A stretch of DNA of 64,000 nucleotides from a virus, in the IMG/VR virus record IMGVR_UViG_3300021127_000004, positions 14,700 through 78,699 of that record; one strand, written 5' to 3'. Below, piece by piece: positions 1 to 8,682 of this stretch. Positions within the stretch are counted from its first letter, which is position 1. Each line of letters begins with the position of its first letter. Under the pieces are notes generated by a model. The model was not told where the DNA came from and made no database searches. It saw only the letters and a list, made by a program, of their open reading frames with translations. A program made the position numbers and the translations under genes.

Positions 1-81
1 GTTGGCATTGTCGATAAGATTAGCCCATAATATTGCTACTATGAGCGTTAATGAAAATAGTATCGTGTAAACTGCTAACAT
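1..81 (-). CDS. partial small membrane protein (runs off the window start)
   Basis: ATG at 81 overlaps the endolysin stop; reads MLAVYTILFSLTLIVAILWANLIDNAN..., one hydrophobic helix; not in the ORF track. Confidence 0.4.
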   Translation of the reverse strand, partial: MLAVYTILFSLTLIVAILWANLIDNAN

Positions 82-539
82 GGTGTATTGTATAGTGTCC
101 ATTCAGCCCTACGGCGTGTTTCTAGCCCTTTAACGGGCAAGTGGTTAGAGTATATCCATTTGTCAAATTCTAGCTGTATAGACGGGTCTTTTGGGTTTGC
201 GTTTACTTTCTTTAGTAATGTACTTTCGGATAAGTTACCTTCACCCAAATTGTAAGCAAAAGACACCAACGCACCGAACTGATTATCGTTTAATTGTGAT
301 GTGACTAAATGACTAACGGCTACTGCTTTTTGATTGACTTCAAAGGTTAAGTATTCGATTGCTTGTTGTTCTGTAATTGCTGGTTCTCCTACTTTTACTT
401 TGTTGCCATTGGGGTAAGTTGTTGAACCGTATCCGATTGTGTCTATCGAGGGGGCATCTATACTGTCATGATAGGCAGTTGCTGAAAACCCTTCGAAGTG
501 TTTTATTAAATCTATTGTTTGTTTGTTTACTTGTCTCAT
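75..539 (-). CDS. endolysin, GH24 phage lysozyme
   Basis: LIKHFEG catalytic Glu, TIGYG, QFGALVSFAYNLG and GLETRRRAE motifs; lies in the lysis cluster. Confidence 0.95.
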   Translation of the reverse strand: MRQVNKQTIDLIKHFEGFSATAYHDSIDAPSIDTIGYGSTTYPNGNKVKVGEPAITEQQAIEYLTFEVNQKAVAVSHLVTSQLNDNQFGALVSFAYNLGEGNLSESTLLKKVNANPKDPSIQLEFDKWIYSNHLPVKGLETRRRAEWTLYNTPC

Positions 540-543
540 AACC

Positions 544-843
544 TTACTTTTTTAAATCTTCATACCTTAACCCATTGTGATAAGAACGGTAATTTATATC
601 GTCAAAAAATCCATTCATATCATGTTCTACTCCATCCTCTTGCCATCTTAATATTAATCCCACTTCGCACTCATTATCTATATCGTAGCGTATATCGTCA
701 AGATTGAAGAAATACTGGCAACAAAAAGAAGCAATCCCCCCAATATCATCTCCTACCCATCCATCGAAATCTAAAACTTGCTTTCTAATGAATTTATTTA
801 AGTATGCTATTGCTACTGATTCGTAGCGTTGTTTAAGTGTCAT
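544..843 (-). CDS. hypothetical protein
   Basis: 99 aa ORF packed between spanin and endolysin. Confidence 0.6.
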   Translation of the reverse strand: MTLKQRYESVAIAYLNKFIRKQVLDFDGWVGDDIGGIASFCCQYFFNLDDIRYDIDNECEVGLILRWQEDGVEHDMNGFFDDINYRSYHNGLRYEDLKK

Positions 844-1364
844 AACCTAGGTTTTACTATATACAATACCAACGCAATCACTATCGCTGCTAATAATAGC
901 CAGAAATATAAGCACCATTCATTGCCTCTACTATGTTCTTTTGAAACTTGTAGTTGTTGAGTAGTGATTATTCCGTTTAATGTTGCTATCTGCTTGTTTA
1001 AATTCTCTATTTGCGATTTGCAAAGGGATAGTTGTTGGTTGTCGATAATGGTGTCACGGTCGTGTATGTGCGTTGTATTTGTGTGGGTTATTGTAGTGGT
1101 ATCGTGTATGTAATTGCCTACTGTATCATGACAAGTAGCAATAGAGGTATCGTGCAAATAGGTTGTATCGCTCGAATGCGATATCACCTTATTATCGCAA
1201 GGGTGTAAGTTAGTGTAAACTTGCCCCACCGTATCAAATAGCGGTTCTTTAGTTAGCACTTTCTGTAACGCTGTACGGTCGGACATACAACCCGTTAAAT
1301 GCCACATTATCAGTCCAAATAAAATGATAATTCCAATGTAACTATAACCTTTATCTGCTTTCAT
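840..1364 (-). CDS. unimolecular spanin (lipoprotein with C-terminal transmembrane helix)
   Basis: hydrophobic signal plus lipobox LTGC, HDT-rich segment, coiled coil, C-terminal TM (LYFWLLLAAIVIALVLYIV); lies in the lysis cluster. Confidence 0.75.
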   Translation of the reverse strand: MKADKGYSYIGIIILFGLIMWHLTGCMSDRTALQKVLTKEPLFDTVGQVYTNLHPCDNKVISHSSDTTYLHDTSIATCHDTVGNYIHDTTTITHTNTTHIHDRDTIIDNQQLSLCKSQIENLNKQIATLNGIITTQQLQVSKEHSRGNEWCLYFWLLLAAIVIALVLYIVKPRL

Positions 1365-1384
1365 TTTTTCTCTTTTTAAAAGTA

Positions 1385-1481
1385 CCCTCTATCGTTCTTG
1401 TGTTAGATAGAGGGCGTTAAATGTGTCTCGGACACTAGCCCCGTATGATTTAAGGGCGAACTTGGGGCAATGTAGCCGCAA
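1385..1481 (-). other. intergenic cluster of stem-loops (terminator/attenuator-like)
   Basis: CCCTCTATC-N12-GATAGAGGG, GTGTC-TCG-GACAC, GCCC-N12-GGGC and TTGGGGC-N6-GCCGCAA within ~100 nt of GC-rich intergenic DNA. Confidence 0.5.
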
Positions 1482-1486
1482 TCAGT

Positions 1487-1669
1487 TTACTGTGGCGTAG
1501 TGCCTCCTGTTACGTTACCGTCTTTAGCTGCAATCAAACCTGCTGCTACTAAAATAGTAGTTATAGCTGTTGCTACATCTGTTGTCACATATTGGGGATA
1601 TAAAGTATGTGCCAACGTAGGCAATACTGCTAAAATCCCTGCTAATGTTGTCTTCCACGATTTAATCAT
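1487..1669 (-). CDS. holin-like protein (2 TM)
   Basis: 60 aa, KSWKTTLAG N-terminus, two hydrophobic segments and a GLIAAKD ending typical of small phage holins. Confidence 0.7.
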   Translation of the reverse strand: MIKSWKTTLAGILAVLPTLAHTLYPQYVTTDVATAITTILVAAGLIAAKDGNVTGGTTPQ

Positions 1670-1752
1670 TTCTTCTGTTTTAAATTATTATCAAATATTT
1701 TATAACCTATATACATAGACAAAACTACATAAATAAGTTTAATTATCCACAT
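1666..1752 (-). CDS. 28-aa single-TM micropeptide
   Basis: MWIIKLIYVVLSMYIGYKIFDNNLKQKK; start overlaps the upstream stop (TAATG) and stop overlaps the downstream start (ATGA). Confidence 0.55.
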   Translation of the reverse strand: MWIIKLIYVVLSMYIGYKIFDNNLKQKK

Positions 1753-1943
1753 TATTTTTTACTAGCGTCTTTACGGATAGCTTGGTAGTAGTAAATTATG
1801 GCAAAAACGGATACAACACACCCTAATACAAATGAGATAATTTTCATAGTCCAATCGGCTACATTTGCCGATACTGCAAAAAAACCTAATCCCCCTATTA
1901 GTGTTGCAAATCCGTCTGCTGTCTGTTTAATGTGGTGTAACAT
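1752..1943 (-). CDS. holin-like membrane protein
   Basis: 63 aa with two hydrophobic segments and a basic C-terminus, at the head of the lysis cluster. Confidence 0.6.
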   Translation of the reverse strand: MLHHIKQTADGFATLIGGLGFFAVSANVADWTMKIISFVLGCVVSVFAIIYYYQAIRKDASKK

Positions 1944-1960
1944 AGTCTCTTAATGTGATT

Positions 1961-2317
1961 TTATTTGAATGTTAATTTTAAAAACGCCGCAACGAATTGT
2001 AAAAGCATCAACGCCGAACCATCCCAAGCCGTGTATTGTGCTGATGTCAAAGTATACTGATTTGATTTAACCCTCCTGCCATCATTAGCTATTAAAACAT
2101 AGCTAACAGTTACTAAGGTGTCATTTTCACTTGAATAAGACTGATTTGAGCCAGTTATCCCAATAGCTGACAAGGTGTCTTTCTGTTCGGGGAAACCTTG
2201 CCTAAAATAGACTTCGTTTATTCTTGCGGCTGTGCAGCCTGTAATAGTCGTGTCTATTGTTTGAGCCATAACACTTAACGACCCTAATACTAATAATCCT
2301 AATAATAACTTCTTCAT
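1961..2317 (-). CDS. small exported protein of the fibre module (signal peptide)
   Basis: MKKLLLGLLVLGSLSVMA|Q signal peptide; DTT, DTL and DTL sequons. Confidence 0.7.
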   Translation of the reverse strand: MKKLLLGLLVLGSLSVMAQTIDTTITGCTAARINEVYFRQGFPEQKDTLSAIGITGSNQSYSSENDTLVTVSYVLIANDGRRVKSNQYTLTSAQYTAWDGSALMLLQFVAAFLKLTFK

Positions 2318-2328
2318 AATTGATTGAT

Positions 2329-3090
2329 TTATAATCCGTATCTACTTTTTAATGCGTTAAAATTTTGAGCGACTTCTGTTGATGTTAATGCCCTATTATA
2401 TAATTGGCAAACTGATATAAAACCATTATATCCTTGCGTAAGATCTCCCTTATCAGATGCTATTCTTGCATCAAGTCCGCTATTGGTTAGCGTGCTATTT
2501 GTTATAGTACCTGTTGCTTTTGAAACCCCATTAATATATACAGTAATAGCATTGGCGTTATTAGTTACACATATATTAGTCCAATTACTATTTAATATTG
2601 AAACACTTGTTTTTATTTGCGTTAAATTACCGGCATCATTACGTTGCACGAACCCTACTGTAAAACCATCAAAATTACTACCATTGTCTATTTTAAATAT
2701 ATCATTGCCGCTAGATGCCCTTTCACAATACATTGCACCACCCGAAGAAGCGGAATTTACATTTACCCATAAACAAACTGTTGAACTAGATAATGCGCTA
2801 ATAATCTGTTTACCAAAAGAGGCATATTGATTTCCATTAAAAGTAAAGTAACCATTTTTTGAAGTATTAAATGTAGGGCTTGAAACTAAAGTAGTATTAT
2901 TGCTCATTCCACTTATGTCATACCATAAACTCCCAATACCATTATAAGAATTTGAATTTTGAGCGGTAATGTTTGCTATCAATCCATTTGTTACAATTGG
3001 TGGGTATTGCCCGATTGCTCCTAAAAAGAATCGCATAGGCTGTGCGTTTGCAACGCCAATGAATAATAATAAAATAACTAAATATCTCAT
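2329..3090 (-). CDS. LamG/concanavalin A-like lectin domain protein with signal peptide
   Basis: TVCLWV, WTNICVT, VYINGV and LYNRALTSTEVAQNFNA LamG-3 motifs; MRYLVILLLFIGVANA|Q. Confidence 0.85.
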   Translation of the reverse strand: MRYLVILLLFIGVANAQPMRFFLGAIGQYPPIVTNGLIANITAQNSNSYNGIGSLWYDISGMSNNTTLVSSPTFNTSKNGYFTFNGNQYASFGKQIISALSSSTVCLWVNVNSASSGGAMYCERASSGNDIFKIDNGSNFDGFTVGFVQRNDAGNLTQIKTSVSILNSNWTNICVTNNANAITVYINGVSKATGTITNSTLTNSGLDARIASDKGDLTQGYNGFISVCQLYNRALTSTEVAQNFNALKSRYGL

Positions 3091-5547
3091 TTATTTACAA
3101 TTTAATAACCAAACAGACGTAAATTTCGTGCCATCATAAAATATACATATTTCATCCCTCGAACTTGCTGTTGTAGTAAGTGAGGGTATTACTCCTGCTG
3201 GCGAAATAAAGTTAGTATAAGTGGTGATTGTACGACTTCCTGTGGCATCTTGATAAACATCTAAATGATAAGTTCGCCCTGCTACCGCATTGGATATTGT
3301 TAGCGTTCTGCCTGTGCCTGCAAGTGTTACCTGTGCATTGCATCCGTTACGAGCATCCCAAGTAATAGTTGCCCCGTCTGTAAGGGTAATGATGGGGCTG
3401 AAAGTTTGTGTTACTGTTGCTACTGATGCGCTATCTACTTTTAAAGGGCTGCCACTCGTTCCAATTCCTGTCAATCCAAAGCCTGTTGTAATATTAGCCA
3501 CTATTTTAGTCGTATCCAAATTATATGCACCTGTGCTTGAATTGTAGGTAAAGATTGAACCCGTAGAAACGTTGCGAGTTGCAGATAGGCTACTTCCTGC
3601 TAAATAGTCGTTTGATGCACCAGCCGTTGCCGCGCTAACATTACCACTACCGTCCGCCTTTAATATCCCCGTTACACTACCTGCACCGCCTTTAGTACTG
3701 CCTATTACTGACCCGTTCCATGTAGCGTTGGTTATACTTGCCGCCCCTAGATTAAAAGTGTTTGTACTCCAACTTACCGCCGAAGGTGCGCTAAAATGAT
3801 AATCCCATGTACCCGCTGAACTGCCATTGCTTACCAATACAACATAGGCATAACCGCCCGAAGGGATGGATAAAACAGTTGTTCCAGAGTTATTGTTTAC
3901 GGTTACTGCTCCACTAGACTGATTGTTATTGAAACTAAAAGTACACCCATTGGGCAAAGTAGTTGCATCAGGTAACTGCACAACCTGCCCACCTGACCCT
4001 GTTATGTAATAGTTGGGGGTAGATAAAACGGTTAAAGTTATCTGTGTGCCGCTTGCCGCTACGTTACTAAAACCGCTATAAAACGTATTCGCCGCTACAT
4101 TACCACACGCTGTATCTACTGTTACACCGTTGGTATATCCCACATGGTTTGTGCCATTCCAATAAGTTAGGGGTACTTTCGAAGATGTGATAGTTGGGGA
4201 GTTGCCTGTGATGCTACCTGTGCCTTTGTTAGCGTTGAAGTAAGTAGGGGTAATGTATAAACTACTATCCTTAGCCATTAGTACCTGCCTAAAATATTGC
4301 CCCGAACCTATTTGAGCAAATAAACTACCATTATGAGTGCCTATCAAATTATAAGCAACGTTTCTGTTGGTGTCGGGCAATGATAAGTAATTAATAGGAT
4401 ATATCGCACCTCCTGTTATGGCTGCGCTACTCGATGCGGTTACGTCACCTGCAAAATCAAAAGAAACGCCACTATTACTTAATGTGCCTGTTTTGCCGAA
4501 AGTCCAATAGTTAGTATTGTTATTCATTATTTTCAAGTCGTTATTATCCGTAGTACCCAATGTTGCAGTTGTGCCGAATGAGTTGCCGCCTTGTGAGAAA
4601 TAATTAGAAGCGTTTAAACTATCTTTAGGAACGTTACCGATTGCAACCAATAATGAACCGTTTGTATTATTAGCGGTTACTATACCTATTCTCATTGCAG
4701 GGTATAATGTAGAGGGGGTTGGTGATATTCCCCCGTTATCGCCTAGATAAACGTTTTGTCCTGCATTGTATATGCTTAAATTAAGCCCCGTTACTATCCC
4801 CCCGTTATAAACTATTCTTCCATATCCATTATTAGGGATGGAATCTAAAGATATTGCAAAAGGGGGGTATCTAGGATTACTACCTTTTGCTATTGCTATA
4901 CTAGATGTTGAATCAAGGCAAACGGGTGTTAGTGGGGAAATCCCCGTCCCCGTATTTTTGGGACTAGCCCCTACTGTACTTAACCTACTTGAATTGCCAA
5001 GACTATCTATGTAGTAGGGTTCTGTAAAGCCATTATTAGTCTTTGAATAAACCGATATTCCGACACTAGGATTAGAAGGGTCTGTACTTAGTGGGGTATA
5101 ATTATTTTTGGTTGTTTTACCTATGTAATAATATGTCGTACCGCTAGGTGTATCTATTGAAAGATTTGCAGTATAGCTTAATGAATGAACACCATTATAA
5201 AAAGGTATATCTTGAATTACCCCATTGCTGAATGTATTTCCACTTGCTAATGCACTATTGAATTGGGAAACTTTTTTAAAGTTGCTATTAGCTATCCCCC
5301 CGTTTAGAATCCAATAAGAACTATCTACCTTAGTATAAACCATAAAGGTTATAGTATCTCTATAATAAGTGGGGATTGCGTTTCTTGCAATCGTATCATA
5401 AACTACTTTTGTAGCCCCTTGAAGATATGTGCCGTAATATCCTGCATAAGCCCCTGCGGGTTGAATCCCCCCACTAGAATTGATAAACACTTGCCCAAAA
5501 GAATTAAGGCTTATAAAAAGAGATAATATAATTAATAGTTTCTTCAT
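3091..5547 (-). CDS. tail/head fibre-like protein with signal peptide
   Basis: G/S/T/N-rich; C-terminal TLTDGATITWD...QDATGSRTIT...FYDGT domain typical of phage fibres; MKKLLIILSLFISLNSFG|Q. Confidence 0.75.
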   Translation of the reverse strand: MKKLLIILSLFISLNSFGQVFINSSGGIQPAGAYAGYYGTYLQGATKVVYDTIARNAIPTYYRDTITFMVYTKVDSSYWILNGGIANSNFKKVSQFNSALASGNTFSNGVIQDIPFYNGVHSLSYTANLSIDTPSGTTYYYIGKTTKNNYTPLSTDPSNPSVGISVYSKTNNGFTEPYYIDSLGNSSRLSTVGASPKNTGTGISPLTPVCLDSTSSIAIAKGSNPRYPPFAISLDSIPNNGYGRIVYNGGIVTGLNLSIYNAGQNVYLGDNGGISPTPSTLYPAMRIGIVTANNTNGSLLVAIGNVPKDSLNASNYFSQGGNSFGTTATLGTTDNNDLKIMNNNTNYWTFGKTGTLSNSGVSFDFAGDVTASSSAAITGGAIYPINYLSLPDTNRNVAYNLIGTHNGSLFAQIGSGQYFRQVLMAKDSSLYITPTYFNANKGTGSITGNSPTITSSKVPLTYWNGTNHVGYTNGVTVDTACGNVAANTFYSGFSNVAASGTQITLTVLSTPNYYITGSGGQVVQLPDATTLPNGCTFSFNNNQSSGAVTVNNNSGTTVLSIPSGGYAYVVLVSNGSSAGTWDYHFSAPSAVSWSTNTFNLGAASITNATWNGSVIGSTKGGAGSVTGILKADGSGNVSAATAGASNDYLAGSSLSATRNVSTGSIFTYNSSTGAYNLDTTKIVANITTGFGLTGIGTSGSPLKVDSASVATVTQTFSPIITLTDGATITWDARNGCNAQVTLAGTGRTLTISNAVAGRTYHLDVYQDATGSRTITTYTNFISPAGVIPSLTTTASSRDEICIFYDGTKFTSVWLLNCK

Positions 5548-6516
5548 TTATTGAAAAGTTACTGCTGTTGCTGAAAGATTACCAATTTGATTATTACTTA
5601 CTGTATAGTATCCATTATATGTTCCCCCACTTGCATTTGTAAAGGTAATTGAATTATTTAGACTAAATGCAGATGTAGATGGGAATCCATTTACGGTAAC
5701 ACTTGTAACTGTACTCGTATTGACATAGAAAAGATACTTTGCGCTGCCTTGTTGTGGGATTGTGTACGAAAGTGAAGTTGCCCCCCCGCTATTATCTTGA
5801 TATAAGGCTGCCAATATTTCTGCTTGGGTGGGGGTTGTTGTTGCCGAAAATCCCAAATACCTTTTGTTATAAAAGGAAAATATAGTCGTTGCCGTAGCCG
5901 TTTTTGAATCAGTAGTAGTGACTACATTGCTATATGTAGTATTAGTGTTTCTTGTTACTGAAACTCCTTGTGTGCCTGTTACTGTACTACCTGCACTTGG
6001 TTGTGTAAATGTTTGCCCTGTACCTGCTACTACTATTGTAGCAATGGGATTTGTTGCTCCCTGTGTTGATGTAGCCGATAATCTCCCCGCCCCCCAATTT
6101 AAAGTGTAAGACAATGCAGCCCCACTAGCAACGATTTCCTGTGAAAATCCCCCTGTCAAAGTAGCAGTAGGGTTTTGTGTTTGTATCTTAACATACCCCA
6201 ACAAGGTATCATTAAGTGCTGTATGGGTTACAAATAGGCTACTATCTACGGTTGATGAGTTTCGTTTCCATCCGAAACCATTCCAAAACCATTTTGCTGT
6301 ATCCACCCCTGCATTTGCAAAAATTATTTCTGTACCATAATAACGGGCTTTCATATTTGTATCCGTCCTTACTGCGGGGATATAGCCACTATCTGATTTT
6401 AAAAAAGCGTATTTTATCCAACTTGTAGAATTGGTTACGGGATTACCTTGTGGGAGTGATTGCGAAAATCCCCCTACCAAAAACAAACTTAATAATATAG
6501 TTAATAGTATCTTCAT
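5548..6516 (-). CDS. virion appendage/Ig-like beta protein with signal peptide
   Basis: T/S-rich beta protein in the fibre module; MKILLTILLSLFLVGGFS|Q. Confidence 0.65.
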   Translation of the reverse strand: MKILLTILLSLFLVGGFSQSLPQGNPVTNSTSWIKYAFLKSDSGYIPAVRTDTNMKARYYGTEIIFANAGVDTAKWFWNGFGWKRNSSTVDSSLFVTHTALNDTLLGYVKIQTQNPTATLTGGFSQEIVASGAALSYTLNWGAGRLSATSTQGATNPIATIVVAGTGQTFTQPSAGSTVTGTQGVSVTRNTNTTYSNVVTTTDSKTATATTIFSFYNKRYLGFSATTTPTQAEILAALYQDNSGGATSLSYTIPQQGSAKYLFYVNTSTVTSVTVNGFPSTSAFSLNNSITFTNASGGTYNGYYTVSNNQIGNLSATAVTFQ

Positions 6517-6554
6517 TTATTTAATTGTTATTTATTAAGGGTAAACGCGGATTT

Positions 6555-8666
6555 CTATTGATAAACACGTAAGTAAATATTTGAAAATGTCAATAACCCA
6601 TCCGTTAAAACACCGCTTGAATTATATGTATAAAAAGTGAAAATATTTTTATATATTATACCTGATTGCGTTGTAGAAAAAGTACCATTAGTTATTTTAT
6701 TGTCGGAGAATGATATATCTGTATTATTCCCACAATATTGGAAGTGAATATTTGTTTTTGTAGATATAGTGCAAGTGTAAGTTCCTGTAGATATATAGTC
6801 AAAATGAACTGAATTAACACTAAATGTATCTATATCATCTACAAATACCTTTTGAATTGTAGGGGCTGTTGTTCCGCTTTGATATAACCTAGCTCTAAAT
6901 TCATAATATCCTTTTGAGGGGATATTCGCTTGTACATAATTCTTTACTGCATTAACACTAGGATATAGTATATTGCTTGCGCTATCTGATGGATTTATTG
7001 ATACCGCTAAGTTATTTACGTCTTGGGGGATTAATCCTTGATTTTGCACTGAATATAACCATTCGCCGCTACCTACATATTGTAATCTAACTTGTATGCC
7101 CGAATCTACTGTAATATTATTTGTATAGCTTCCACTAGATGCTGTTGCGTAAAAATAAGTCCCTGTATTAGACCTTAAATTAAAATTGTTATTCAAACTA
7201 TAAGAACCTGTTATATTGTATATGTAATCTGTTTCACCTATTTTTGGGTTAGGATTAGTAAATAGTGAATACCCACTATTTGTAGGGTTTACAAAAGTAT
7301 ATTTAGAAGTTGTAGTTATTGTTCCACTTAGGGTTATTACTGTGTCAGTATAAGAAACACTATTTGCTTTTACAAATCTAGTGATAGCTTGTACACTAGG
7401 GTACTTCGTAGTAGAAGCACTATCAGATGTTGCATTGTTAGATAAATTACTTAACGCTTGTGCATATCTGCCTACTGATTGAACTGTTGGGTATTTTGTT
7501 GTGCTGCTACTATCGCTTGCTACATTTGTTGATTTATTAGCAATATTTTCGGGTACATACCCTAAGCCAACATTAAGAATATCCCAATTAGTAGATGTTT
7601 GCCCGGGGCTATTAGTCAATGCCCTTACACTAGACCCTACTACAACCGATGTCCCGCCTAAAGTACCTGCTACTTTTATATACCATAAATCTCCCTTTTG
7701 TATAGCCCCTGCTGTGCCACTACCCCCCGTTGAAGGGAAAACGTTGCCACTAGCATCGTAACTACCTCTGTCATTAAGAAGTCCTACTACTAGACCTGCG
7801 GCATAGGTTCTTGTGGCTTGTTGTGTAGGGTATAAAGTAGAACTATTTGCAGCCATAGTCCCATCGTTAGAAAGGTTTGATGTAACTTGATAGCCACTAA
7901 GGTTTGGGGCGTGGTTGGTTACATAAGACTTTACTGCGTTTTGTGTAGGTAGAGAATACAATGGGGAACTAGAAAGGGATGTATCATTTGAAAATGCGTT
8001 TACACCATACCCCCCTAGATTAATAAAAGAACTAGCTTGTAAGGACAATGCTTCTATACTAGAAAAGTTATTATCTCCCGTAAACACATTGTTTTTAGCT
8101 AAATAAGGGATTCTTGTAGTGTCAATAGAACCACCTCCTCCACCTTGATGATTAGTTACATACGATTTTACTGCTTTTTGTGTGGGCAATATTGCATTTG
8201 AATTACTTGTCATTGCGGTATCGGTAGATATTGATGATATTAATTGACCGCTAGTAAACCCCAAAAAACCATTTATTGTCAATGTATTATAATGCCCGTC
8301 TATTGATAGGGTAGTTCCTGCATCATTATTATTAATATCTCCTATTGTAGTAATATCTCCATTTATTGATAACCCACTTGCATCGTTGTTGTTACTTACG
8401 TTTATATTAGGGAAAGTATTATTGCCTGTAAAATTATTATTCTTAGCTAAATAAGGTATTTTAGTACTATCAATAAGTTTTGAATTATTTATCTTGTTGT
8501 AGATAATGTTTTCAAACATCCTACCTACTCTTACGGCGGTGTTAGCCCCTGCCCTTGTTTCATTTTTTATTGTATCTGCTTGTGTAATTAATTGGGCATC
8601 TGTTAATTGGGATTTCCCCTCAAAGTAAACAAGCCCCAACAAAACTAATAAAATAACTTTCTTCAT
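6555..8666 (-). CDS. fibre protein with signal peptide and internal repeats
   Basis: N-terminal IKNET-AGANTAVRVG segment; repeated PTQKAVKSYV/YPSVQA fibre units; duplicated IPYLAKNNxFTG; MKKVILLVLLGLVYFEGKS|Q. Confidence 0.75.
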   Translation of the reverse strand: MKKVILLVLLGLVYFEGKSQLTDAQLITQADTIKNETRAGANTAVRVGRMFENIIYNKINNSKLIDSTKIPYLAKNNNFTGNNTFPNINVSNNNDASGLSINGDITTIGDINNNDAGTTLSIDGHYNTLTINGFLGFTSGQLISSISTDTAMTSNSNAILPTQKAVKSYVTNHQGGGGGSIDTTRIPYLAKNNVFTGDNNFSSIEALSLQASSFINLGGYGVNAFSNDTSLSSSPLYSLPTQNAVKSYVTNHAPNLSGYQVTSNLSNDGTMAANSSTLYPTQQATRTYAAGLVVGLLNDRGSYDASGNVFPSTGGSGTAGAIQKGDLWYIKVAGTLGGTSVVVGSSVRALTNSPGQTSTNWDILNVGLGYVPENIANKSTNVASDSSSTTKYPTVQSVGRYAQALSNLSNNATSDSASTTKYPSVQAITRFVKANSVSYTDTVITLSGTITTTSKYTFVNPTNSGYSLFTNPNPKIGETDYIYNITGSYSLNNNFNLRSNTGTYFYATASSGSYTNNITVDSGIQVRLQYVGSGEWLYSVQNQGLIPQDVNNLAVSINPSDSASNILYPSVNAVKNYVQANIPSKGYYEFRARLYQSGTTAPTIQKVFVDDIDTFSVNSVHFDYISTGTYTCTISTKTNIHFQYCGNNTDISFSDNKITNGTFSTTQSGIIYKNIFTFYTYNSSGVLTDGLLTFSNIYLRVYQ

Positions 8667-8682
8667 ATATCTATTTTAATTT

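Noticed and set aside
1961-8666. Diversity-generating retroelement acting on the fibre genes
   Set aside because: No reverse transcriptase and no adenine-mismatched TR/VR pair seen; the repeats are ordinary protein-level fibre repeats
1961-8666. Signal-peptide genes being captured host genes or T9SS cargo
   Set aside because: They abut phage structural genes stop-to-start, contain phage fibre motifs and show no recognisable T9SS C-terminal domain; not fully excluded without searches
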